From Phoronis australis (lineage: Eukaryota > Animalia > Phoronida), in NCBI GenBank assembly GCA_002633005.1, contig NMRA01001119.1:6757-40757 (forward strand): a stretch of 34,001 nucleotides of DNA. The letters are read 5' to 3'. The notes beneath the pieces are model-generated. The model made no database searches and was not told the origin of the DNA. It saw only the letters and a program-made list of their open reading frames with translations. Each line of letters begins with the position of its first letter. Positions within the stretch are counted from its first letter, which is position 1. Shown piece by piece: positions 23,145-34,001 of this stretch. A program made the position numbers and the translations under genes.

Positions 23145-24184
23145 CTGAAATAAAAACAATAGAAGAAATAAAGAGCAATGAAACTTAAAATTAAATAATA
23201 GGTGAAATGTCAAGTAAAAGGACTTAAGGAAATATTATATTTCATGTGTTTGACATTGTATCTTAGTTGTTCATGAGTTTATTCATATCCCAGCACTAAA
23301 TTCTGAAGATAATTTTTATGAGTATCCAAATACAAAATGACTCAATTTTCATATGCCACACCATCTTTGTAAACCATTGCTTCTGTTAAATGCTTTGAGT
23401 GGCAAACTTTGGTTTATAGTTCGATATGACAAAAGAACATTCTCAATACACAGGACACCAGAATGAACAGTAGTGAACTGATTGCTTCGACACCAAAGTT
23501 CGTCACTTTCAACTTACTTTGCTCTAGTTTTAACTAATTAGATCTACATGCATTTGGTCTTTAAAAACAAAAACACAAAATTGTGAACATATGGATATAG
23601 CTTGACATGTCAGTTTGACATAAACTACATAATTGAATGTTTGATGAATAACGTCTCTTCAGCCAAGAGTATTCAGCAAACTCCATTTTACGGAACCATG
23701 AAACTTGTTTCTTAGCTGCATGTATCAATACTGTGTTCTGATCTTTGTTTTCAGGGAACTGTCAATGTGAACTGTGAATAACAATAATGTGACAAGTAAG
23801 AACTGTGAACTTGTAATAACTGACTGTGTAAAAATAAAACTCTGAACAACTATCAAAGTGTAAGCGTTGCGAATGTTTAAGAAAAACGTGAATGATTTAG
23901 GAAAGGTTACAGTCATCCTTCAATTCGGAAAACAATGAGATGGAACAATGAAAAGTTATTTTATCAACAAAAGTAAGTAGATAGAAAACATTGTATAACT
24001 GTCACCAACAATTATACACAATGAAATTCCAACATTTTGACAAATTGAACACATTTTAAATTAGCTTTAAGATGAGAAAATTACGATTTAGACATTTATT
24101 GTTCTTTGTTACCGTAATATCTTACACTAAGTCTTATGGTGATGAGTTTATGTATATTCCATTAGCGTATTGATGAGGCTGTAC

Positions 24185-24285
24185 CTGACAACATGTGGGC
24201 TGTATGTCATCATCCTTTTCTTCGTAGAAAAAATACATGAAGGGTAACAGGAAGAAGAGCAAGAGAGCAATACATCCGTAGAAGG
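24185..24285 (-). CDS. LMBRD1: LMBRD1 exon 4
   Basis: tttcag acceptor, CAG|gtac donor, 101 nt, phase 1/0. AFYGCIALLLFFLLPFMYFFYEEKDDDIQPTCCQ contains the conserved PFxYFxYEEKDD motif. Confidence 0.95.
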
Positions 24286-25024
24286 CTGAAACACACACAT
24301 AATGGTCAGGCATAACTACCATGGCAAACACTATGGCAGACATGTAAAATCTATTTGTAATTCCTCGAAAGAAAAAAAATTTAATTACAAAATGTTATGG
24401 AACTAGCTTTGCAACAATGCTTAAATTATATAACTAAAGCGATAAAAATTTTGCTTTTTACAACAAAAAGCAATATTTGACTTAGTCAGACCATTTACTG
24501 TTATGAAATAATGCATGGTCTCGTGAACTAACATACGGGCTGGACCTGTGTGTTTGAAGCAGCATTTTGTTAGTCAATCATAGAGTGTACTAATCAGTCC
24601 TAAGTGCAGTTGTAAGAGATCATCTCTGAAACATTTTTAACGAGTTTTCATGGACCCTGGGCAACTAGGTCATAATAATATAAATTCCTGGTCATGACAG
24701 GTCATTCCAGCTGCATGAAGTTTGATGGTAACTTCCACTTGCATTCATTTTGTATCAATGGTTATTTTTTACATGTAATTTACATAAATAAAGGAAATAA
24801 TAAATTGATCGAACAAAGGAGATTTGTTTGCTCACAGAAATGAACAGTGTTCACCCTACGCATCCAAAAACTGCAGTCTAGTGGACCCACCTTCCAATAT
24901 CTTTGGGGTTTATTTGAATTTTTGGTGTTCACGAAATTAAGTACAGAAAAGTTTAAAAACACACTCGCACAGACTAGAGGACAAGCCATTATTTTTCATA
25001 TTTTTCCATTTTGATGCCACTTTT

Positions 25025-25112
25025 GGGGTTGTTTACTGAGTGTACCCCCTATCAGACCAATTGCAACAGGGGTTGTTTACTGAGTGTACCCCTATCAGAC
25101 CAATTGCAACAG
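25025..25112. repeat. ~44-bp tandem duplication
   Basis: ggggttgtttactgagtgtacccc(c)tatcagaccaattgcaaca x2. Confidence 0.9.
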
Positions 25113-25519
25113 GATATTCTGACCTACATAGTGATGACCTACTTACGGAGGAACGATGCCACGCATTTGGCTTCGAAAAAAGTCTAAACAATCTAACAGT
25201 GCTGACATGAATGAAAGGTAAGGTACGGTAATCAAAAAGATTATCCAAATAATTTCCATTTGTTTCTAGTTTCATTTATCACAACCTTTGAACACAAAGT
25301 TGGGTCCAAGGGGACGCACTCATCAAGTCAATTAGCAATCAGTTTTGTTGCGTCAAAAGACAAAAAAAATGCCGCCCCGGGCAAACACTGAATTAAGGAT
25401 GTACAGCAGATTTCCGTACTCTCAACTTTTTAAATACACATGAAGTGTTGCCACACTGACGACACGTTGTTATGGTACATAGCAAAAATAACGTGACTTT
25501 CATTTCCCTTTCCTGACCA

Positions 25520-25772
25520 GAACTGGCGTGGCCACTTGTTATTTGATTTGGCGCAGCCACTTGTTATTTGAACTGGCGCAGCCACTTGTTATTTGAACTG
25601 GCGCAGCCACTTGTTATTTGAACTGGCACAGCCACTTGTTATTTGAACTGGCGCAGCCACTTGTTATTTGAACTGGCGCAGCCAATTGTTATTTGAACTG
25701 GTGCAGCCACTTGTTATTTGAACTGGCGCAGCCACTTGTTAGCTGAACTGGCGCGGCCACTTGGTATTTGAA
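25520..25772. repeat. 25-bp minisatellite x10
   Basis: GAACTGGCGCAGCCACTTGTTATTT head-to-tail with no spacers. Confidence 0.95.
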
Positions 25773-25958
25773 TTACCTCAATGATGAATTCTCATTTGAA
25801 CTCACGTTGTTATGAGGGAGAATTCTAGGATCATCCGTCACATAAATTTCGTATGTCCTTTTGCAAACAAGTCGAGGAATAAAAATATGCCTATTCCACA
25901 TCTCATTGCCAATTGTACCATCTCTGAATTTGTATGAATTTGAGTTAAAACCACATAC

Positions 25959-26022
25959 CATAGTAAGTGTACAGCACGCTGTTCTCAATCTCTGACCTCG
26001 TTTCATTAGAGCTGGCCCAATC
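25959..26022 (-). CDS. LMBRD1: LMBRD1 exon 3
   Basis: ttttctag|GATTGG...TATG|gtatgt, 64 nt, phase 0/1. DWASSNETRSEIENSVLYTYY vs LMBD1 DWANANVSRQIEDTVLYGYY. Read manually; the ORF track shows another frame. Confidence 0.93.
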
Positions 26023-27139
26023 CTAGAAAATTGATGAGTCTCATTTCAATACTATGAGAAGATATTCAAAGACAAATAAGAGCAAAAAAGAACAAACAGC
26101 AAACCAAATCGTCTGGCAAAATCAAAACATGTATGATTGACAAAATTGCATCATAGTAAAGCTGAACATAATAGCCACCAAAGGTAATCACCAAATTTAA
26201 ACTGAATTGAGGTGGTATAAGATTATTGATAAGTGAAACAGTTTCATTAGGGTGCTCTCCCTTCAGTGACTTAAACAGGCATAGAGGTGTTGTGAAGGTC
26301 TTGGTCCTTTGTTAACTGTTCAGCACAATCTTTTGTTTGGTATCACAACATGCATGTCATACCTACTGGGTTTCAAAGGGTAATGAGACCAAGCAGAACT
26401 ATTTTGGACATAAGGTTAACAGAACATCAATAATGAATAAATGATCATGGTAGCTAAGGTCATGTTTTCTTGGTTTGTCAATAACCATTTATCTTCATTG
26501 GGAATTGTTCCATGAAAGATGCTGAGAGTGACTCCAGCAAGCATTCAATTTAGTAACTCCAAGAAGTCGAGGTGCTCTTGAGCTGCTTTGTTCAGTAATG
26601 TGACGTCGCTGCACTCGTTCATTTGGAAAGAAATTTTGCTGTGCGGCTTTTGAAGATCACTACTTCTGGATTTACCCAAAAACGTGCACATTAATGAGGA
26701 AGGCATTCCAGCGGCCTGTTTCATAAAATAGCCGCATGTTCGGTCCTAACAGGTCCTATGAGTAGGGTGGTCAAATTCATCCATTTTGTTTTTCAATCAG
26801 TGATATTTCATGCTGAATGCATCCAAATTTAAAAATTTTAAGGTATGTGAAAGTTTAATTTGTGAAATATAACTCATTTAATAGATCTTGAAAGACTCAG
26901 TATCCTAATTTCAAAGAATTGCATGGACTTCAACTGCATTTTCGTCTCCACGTGGCGTTTGCTTTCGACCTTGAGTTCAAAATTCACGTATCAGGCCAAC
27001 ATCTTTATTAAAGTTGCTTATACTGCTAAAACAATGCATTGGGTGATAAGATGTATCTGTGTCATGGATGGAAGTGTTATGAAAAGTATGGTGGTTGTAC
27101 CCTATTACCAACTACGTTTAAACAATCACTAAGTGCATT

Positions 27140-27440
27140 GGCAATACGTTCAGACAGCATACCAGATTGTCTTACTTTGGTTGTAGCTTGGCGATTTTGG
27201 TGATTCATAAACTGAATGTGAGGAATTCAGAAATGGTATTGGTTAATGTTCAAATATTTTATAACATAACTTTTGTTTTTAACAGAACAGACCAGTCAGA
27301 ATAGATACCACCTATTTGGAGATTAGAGCAATTATGGAACAAAAGAGAGCTGGCTCTCCAACCATAAATGCCTGGCAGAATGGAGTTAACCAGTCAAGAT
27401 ATTGGCTACAGTGGTCATTAGCAACTAAACAAGTTCAAGT
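27140..27440 (+). repeat. Old dispersed repeat, copy 2 (its 5' part lies at ~26255-26370)
   Basis: Homologous blocks to 13580-13860 and 33445-33750; 26255-26370 matches 33283-33400 (ttcagtgactt...agagg...ttgtga...ctttgttaactg). Confidence 0.75.
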
Positions 27441-27808
27441 CAACCAGGAAGGCTGGAGAACACCATGATTGTCAGAATGTGACAATAATTATGGTATGCG
27501 CCAGTGAGACTTTTTGGTAAGTTTACAACCTTTCCAGAGGCTTATGCACCATATCAGAACTAAGTAAGAAAATAAAATGCAGAACATGCTGAGTCTTTCA
27601 GAAGAAAAAATTCCCAGAAAATAATAAGTTTAGAAAAAAAAACAACGCCTTAGAGTTCCGTGAGAAACAGTACGCTTTACACCTGTGTGCTGAAATTGAA
27701 GAGAATTCCCTGAAAAATACAGGAGAAATATAATTTTGGAAATTAGATGACCTTTGAACAAATTGAATCTTTCCAGTACCCTTTTAGCAAAATTATTGCA
27801 TCATCCGT

Positions 27809-28007
27809 GAAAAGTGTGTTTAATGCTAAAAGTGTGTTTAATGCTAAAAGTGTGTTTAATGCTAAAAGTGTGTTTAATGCTAAAAGTGTGTTTAATGCTA
27901 AAAGTGTGTTTAATGCTAAACGTGTGTTTAATGCTAAAAGTGTTTAATGTTAAAAGTGTGTTTAATGCTAAAAGTGTGTTTAATGCTAAAAGTGTGTTTA
28001 ATGCTAG
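27809..28007. repeat. 18-bp minisatellite x~11
   Basis: AAAAGTGTGTTTAATGCT units; source of the spurious KSVFNA and LKVCLM ORFs. Confidence 0.95.
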
Positions 28008-30193
28008 AAGTCACAGATGTCTCAATGCTGACACAGAATACGTGGTCAAAGGTCAAAGGTCAAAGTTTCAGAAGAAAATGCATTTAATGACCCCATGGTT
28101 GCACCAAATGACCTGAAACTTTCAAATTGGAACTCAATTGTTTGTACCAATCAGATATGTAAATTCGAAGTGTCTAGCTCAAAATCTCTTTGCACTCGAT
28201 GACCTTTGACCTACTTAATCTGATGGGATGGTCTGATTACTTAAAATGCATTTGATTGGCATGTAGACTTAAACATCAGCAATGAAATTGAAAAGATTTC
28301 CATGAAAAACATACTAAGAACTAGTAACATTTTGAAATTAAATTAGATGACCTTTGCACCTATTGACCTCTTTTGGGGCAGTATGAGTCAAAAATTTGAT
28401 ATAGGAAGGCTCAAGCGTACTTGAAAAGTTTCAAAGAAGAAAGTTGAGTCATTTGAAAAGGTTGGAAAGGAAAATAATCTTACGAAAAAAGATTAAACCT
28501 GAGAATAACAAGATTCTGTGCTCATATGCCCAGAGTAAGAAAGATAAATTATAAACACACAGGAATAAACAAGACTGCACTTGTACATGCAGAGTAAACT
28601 ACTCTGTCCATGTGTAATATTTGAAGGGTTTTTATATTAAAGATGTCTGTAAGCTTGGCATCAGCAGTATTTATACTAAATTTAATTCATTTGATCTTGG
28701 ATCTGTTTTGTAGAAATGAGGAAAACAGTTGCATTTCAGCCCTTTTCTCATTCAACAGAAAATAATGTAAAACATAATTTAACTAAAATATAACAATTTG
28801 TTCAATTTAGGACACAATCTTAAATAGGTTGGCAAGGAGTCATTCATTTGTTACTTAGTATATATAATGAACAACGCAAAAAAATTTTTTTGGACAATTA
28901 TGTCCAATGACTTGCTTCTGTCATTTTTACCATTATGTATTTCACGACGGCTGTATCGTATATGTTTTTTGAAGGTCGCTTGACCCAAAGGCTATCATAC
29001 CAATGTTATAAAATGAAACAAATGCCTTCATATTTGGAGATGTGCAGTTTCTTCGGCACAGTGTTTTTTTGGAATTAGTAGGCTTTTGGAGTAGTGTTTT
29101 TTCAGAGTAGTGATTTCCTGAGTAGTGGGTGTTTGGAGTAGTGGGCCATCAGAGTACTGGCCTTCAACCCACAGGAAGTCTTCTCCAAGTATTCCTTTAG
29201 AACACGCTAAAATGTAGATTGTGCAATACAGTTTTGCCGTTATTCAGTGGAGAGGGGTTCTCAAAATGTGGGCACATATTATCTGACTATTCATCAAGGA
29301 GTTGGGTTGTCTTGTAACTTTTATTACTTGTAAATGCTTGGTGTAGATGGCTCAGTGCGATAATATGTATGCCTTGCAATTTAGCAATTCTAATCTATCC
29401 CCGTGCCTTTGCTAAATAAAGGAATTGCCAAGAACGTCAAGTATTTGTAAATTTTTAGTTCTAACCGCCAGGTGTGCTCCAACTGTACACATAATAATGC
29501 AACTTTAACAAAAAAGCAACGCAGAACGATGAATTGCACCCACGAATGCAATGCAAATGATGTGCTTCTAGGGGTGTTTGTTTGTATAACAAAAATGACC
29601 ACTAGATGACACAAATTACGTCGAATCCACCCAAAAATGGGAACATGTTATCATTTTCAACAGAAAACTATTTTCTAAAATTCATAAAAATTCGTCAAAG
29701 AACTTCAAAGAAACAGAGGAAAACGGAAAAAAAATGAAATTGGCAATAAGGGGCATTCAGCATTCGTCAGATCCGTCTGAAAGTCGTCGTCGTCCGTTGT
29801 CACCTACATAATAAATTTGAATAATATGCAGGTGCATAAAAAAGTATAGAATTGTATGATGCTTTGATTTGTGCCTCCAGATTCACCATCATAGTAAAAA
29901 TTTTAGCGACTGGGATCTGAATATTTCACTCACACATATCATACATCTAAATGTTAACAAAAAATGGAACCACACATAGGCAACTTGAAATAAGGGGAAT
30001 AAAGCCCGATTCACCATCTCGGTACTAATGTTAGCTACTTGGGATCTGAATGTTTTGCTTGCATATATCTTACCTCATCTTATATTTACAAAAACAAAAT
30101 CAAAAGCAGAGACTGAGAAAAATTGTAATCAGGGGATAATAAAGCTGAAGCAACAGTTTTAAATGAACTACTCTTGACTAGAAATGTGATCTG

Positions 30194-32717
30194 CAGGGCT
30201 CGACATAACGAGCTGCAGGTCGCGCTTGCTGAGTTTTTTATCAGCTCGTACCAAGTCGCAAAATGCGACCTGGAATTTCCAACGAATGCGAGCTGAGTGT
30301 TTACACTTTTCGGCAGATCCCTGGCAAATATAAAGCAACTCTTGTTAATCCAACCGACACTAACCGAGAACAGCCCTCCCGATGATAAGCAAGTCGCGTG
30401 AACATGGGATATGCAGAATCTTTGACGCGTATCATTGGCTAACATTTTCGGCCACTTCTGCAAATTTCCGGATTCGCCAAAGAAAGTTTCGGGCAACTGC
30501 ATAACACGTGATAAAACATCACAAAACAGCGGTGTTTCTACCAATTCTTAAGCGATCAACTTACCAAACTTTGTGGTGGACAAATATGTTTATTTTTCGC
30601 GTAAGATGTCCTTATTTCATGTACCAAATATCCACGACAATATCCCCGATATTGCACTGCGGCACTGCATCGGTCCCGTTAATTGTTAGCGCGCAAGCGG
30701 TGCTGGCAGACAATCGTGACTTAGAGATGTGTGTTTCGTTTTTATCGTATAAGACAGCCAAAGTGAAAATAGCAAGAATATTAATTGCCAAAACGACGGC
30801 CACGTCTTTACTTTCAATAGCCAAGAAAATCTCAAACCCTTTACTTGTTTCCGGGGCTATACCTGCGCGAAATATGAGTCTTTCACACGTTGTTGCCAAT
30901 GTAAAGTGTAGGCCTACTCCAGCCATTCAAGTGCGTGAACTCACGCGCTCGCACCACTTCAAAGCTGCACATCAAAAGAGAACAGCAACAGTCCAAAATG
31001 AAAGAGTATACTGTCTTNGCTATACCTGCGCGAAATATGAGTCTTTCACACGTTGTTGCCAATGTAAAGTGTAGGCCTACTCCAGCCATTCAAGTGCGTG
31101 AACTCACGCGTTCGCACCACTGCACATCAAAAGAGAACAGCAACAGTCCTAAATGAAAGAGTATACTGTCTTGGCTCTGTTAAGCACCCGGGTGCCAGTG
31201 GTTTATTTGGAAATGAACTCATAGATTCCCGGTGGTTATAAAAGACCCGATGCCTTACGATATTCCACGGGACCAATATAACCCAGAACTGATATTTTCC
31301 TGTCCCCATGTTTCCCGAGGACGAGGTTCCCTAAACCCTATATTCTATGCCCGTAGGCAGCTATTGCAACTAAAAGGATACTATAGATGCAAAATTGTGG
31401 TTAGCGAACTTTTTACATACCCCCCGCAACTTTTCACTCCCTGGACCACCGTTGCCGTAAAATGTTCAGACTCCAATAGAAATAATCTTGTTCCGGTTGA
31501 AGCGGGCAATTAAAAACAAAATCATTCCGGATGGCTAAAAAGGGTACAGTGTAGGTGGTAATGTTATAGAGAAAGTCACACCTACTAGATGGAGTTTGTC
31601 TCGCAAAATCGTGTTATTATAGCGTTTCTTACCATTGCAGTCTTTTAATATATTATTACCGCAAACACTCAGGTTAACGACTAATGCTCACGTACAAGCC
31701 TAATCACTACCTTTGAAGAGTTTCATAATAAGCGCTCACTGATCGATCTACTAAGCGTTCCCCCTCAACTTTTGAGAATTCCCATAGTTCAGGCTAGCGC
31801 CCACCATAGCGCACTACAAACGACCGCGCGTGGTTTAAAATTGACACGCAGCCTATATGGTGAGTCACTCTCATTTTACACAACAAATCCAGTTTACAAA
31901 ACACGTCTTTTCTCAACATTTAAAAAATAAATTCCAGCTTAATTGACATACGTGTCCGATCGTTTTGTGACTGACCTATTTTTCTCGTACTGTGAAGGTA
32001 TTGAGGAGCAAACTCGACATTATCCGATGGAAACCCGCACGGAGGGACTCGGGAATTATTTCGAGGTTATATTCATTGATTCACTAATTGTTGAGTACGT
32101 AAACAGCATAAGTACCACATTTTTGTCGTGAAATTTGCACTGAATTGTTCCCGCGCATCCAAATAGGTCATTCGGTTAGGACATCGTTTCACGAATGTTT
32201 TTTCGACTGATGTTTTTTAAACATCGAGTTAAGTTGCAAAATTTAGGCTGCGAACAAAAAGTGGAGGGAATTTGCACTCCAAGTTAGTTTGAATCTTTAA
32301 CAACTTAGATGACAGCCAGTAGCAGGTCAGACCCAGCAAAATGTTGGATACTTTTTCAACGGACATTTTCTCGCTTTTCACATCACAAACTTAGCTACTC
32401 GAATGTACGTGTCAGTTATAGAGCAATGATTCAACTTTCACGTCGGCAACTTGCTTTGCGCTCTAGAGCCTTCCAATGGCGGTCGTGAAGAACAGTAACA
32501 CCGTACCTGCATGAACGAAGTCAATTTTGCGGTTTGAAATTTGTGAGTAGGTAAGAGTATAATCTAAACATTTTCTCGATGTTCTAAAAAATCAAAAATG
32601 GCGGGAAAATTTTGCAACCAGGCATTTATGAATGTGAGTTGGATTTTGAAAATGCAACCTGGGATTTTGGCTAGGACGCAAAATTCGACCGCGCAATTTT
32701 TATAGCATCAAGCCCTG
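30194..32717 (-). mobile_element. Decayed hAT element with a 5-bp TSD (hAT5-like)
   Basis: ATCTG|CAGGGCTCGA ... TCAAGCCCTG|ATCTG; subterminal tgcgacc/tgcaacc motifs. Minus-strand peptide SKSRLSASTACALTINGT...DIVVDIW (C-terminal part of ORF 30612-30926) resembles a ZNF862-type hAT dimerisation C-terminus. Confidence 0.8.
30856..31172. repeat. ~160-bp tandem duplication across a single N
   Basis: 30856-31017 and 31019-31172 with N at 31018; copy 2 lacks 8 bp (tcaaagct). Confidence 0.93.
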
Positions 32718-32909
32718 ATCTGTATATTTAAATGAACTACTCTTGACTGGAAATGTGATGTGTATATTTCTGACATAGGCACTGACGCTCACACACGGAA
32801 TATACATGGAATTCCCTGTGTCATTCATCATGTTACCACAGCGCCACTTCAGTATAGGTGGCGCTGTGTCACAGAGTATGCTACAAATTTGAAGCAGGCC
32901 ACCTGTTAC

Positions 32910-33086
32910 CTTAAATGTTCCATTTGACTCCTTCATGAATGATGCTAGGAAAATGTCCACAGGTGTCAGGGCGGTCGTGAACAGAGTGATGGCCAGTGCG
33001 AACATTGCTGTGAGCGATGTACTGAGTTCGCTGTCATATTTGCTTTGGTAGAAGCGTATGTAGAAGAAGGAGAAGATGATAATTAA
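32910..33086 (-). CDS. LMBRD1: LMBRD1 coding exon 2 (first exon in window; exon 1 outside window)
   Basis: ttttgcag acceptor, AAG|gtaac donor, 177 nt, phase 0/0. LIIIFSFFYIRFYQSKYDSELSTSLTAMFALAITLFTTALTPVDIFLASFMKESNGTFK resembles LMBD1 ...YQSRRESE...ALLPVDIFLVSYMKNQNGTFK. Confidence 0.95.
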
Positions 33087-33282
33087 CTGCAAAATAATAC
33101 AAAATTCACATCAATTGTGGAGGCTCAGAACCCGTTTCGCTAAGCTTTCGAGTCGTCGAGATAAAGAGAAAAAAGGAAATCACTGATTTGTTCGATACTC
33201 AGAGTTCTGTTGTAGATATGCTTCATATTCAAGAGCCTCTGTTAGCATTTTGCCACTGGCTAACGGGCCATGACGGCATTTT

Positions 33283-33750
33283 CCCGTTCAGTGACTTCAC
33301 CAGAGGTAGAGGGTTGTGAGCGTTTGATAACATCTAGCTTCTTTGTTAACTGCCAAGCATAGTCTTTGTCTGGTATGACAACAGGCAGGCCAATTATCTA
33401 CCAGGCTTATTACAGACCACAGTCGAACCCAAAACGAATTAGTGCGTTCAGAAAGAATAGATTGTGGTAACTTCAGTTGTACTTGGGCGATTCAAAAACT
33501 AAACATGATCACCCTTTGGTAAGGATTTCAGAAATGCTATGGGTTTATGTTCAAATATGTTATAAGTTAACTTTTATTTTTAACAGCACAGACCAGCAGT
33601 GAGGCTAGATACAATCTTATTGGAGATTAGAGCAGTAATCGAATAATAAGAGCTTGCCCTCTAACTATAAATACCAGAATGGAGTTAATCAGTTGTGTAA
33701 GATATTGGCTACAACTTGTTGTTGGGCTATACTGGAGTCAAACAAGTTGG
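33283..33750 (+). repeat. Old dispersed repeat, copy 3
   Basis: Longest contiguous copy; homologous to 13440-13860 and to 26255-26370 plus 27140-27440. Confidence 0.75.
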
Positions 33751-34001
33751 GAGAAACGGGAAAACGAAGTAATACAATGCAATTGCCTAATTGTATTACA
33801 GTCAAGTGCCCTAATTATCGGATGTTTTGGCACATTTTGTATAAAGACTTACGGTAAAGTCGCGTGATTTTCGGACGGCCCGCCATTTTCGACCAAGAAT
33901 AAATATTTCCGAAATGAGTTTTTCATAGTCCACGAAATTCGTACAAGGTCCAAAAACTGTTTTTAACGATCTTCGAACTTCGGACAATGTCATAAACGTC
34001 G

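Noticed and set aside
25520-25772. 25-bp repeats as a CRISPR array
   Set aside because: Units are head-to-tail with no unique spacers, there are no cas genes, and the context is a eukaryotic intron.
27747-28116. Repetitive ORFs (KSVFNA)n and (LKVCLM)n
   Set aside because: Translation by-products of an 18-bp satellite whose length is a multiple of 3.
29880-30075. Degenerate ~128-bp two-unit repeat (similar small pairs at 7925-8010 and 17645-17780)
   Set aside because: Ordinary old local duplications with no sign of function.
30508-31074. 188-aa plus-strand ORF as a gene
   Set aside because: Antisense to the hAT relic, runs through an N and a duplicated block, and has no recognisable domain.

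Overview
Eukaryotic (invertebrate-animal-like, AT-rich, intron-rich) genomic DNA from a draft assembly with N gaps. The main feature is a minus-strand LMBRD1 orthologue (LMBD1, lysosomal cobalamin export escort, the cblF gene). I can trace 13 coding exons with canonical GT-AG sites and consistent phases from 33086 down to the TGA at 6776 (1542 nt, 513 aa plus stop); exon 1 lies beyond the right edge. Bases 1-2958 are a frameshifted hAT (ZMYM1/THAP12-like) transposon. The introns hold a TA-flanked TIR element with a possible Ulp1-protease relic, a hAT element with a 5-bp TSD, a tRNA-derived SINE, an old dispersed repeat and many minisatellites. The most unusual structures are (i) a 4x69-bp array that multiplies the penultimate exon's 3' end together with its splice donor, (ii) a 1.36-kb exon-containing duplication across a single N, probably an assembly artefact, and (iii) a C-terminal acidic dileucine sorting signal. 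There is no CRISPR, rRNA or prokaryotic system, and I cannot claim a new biological system with confidence. Comparisons with human LMBD1 are from memory, not from a database search.
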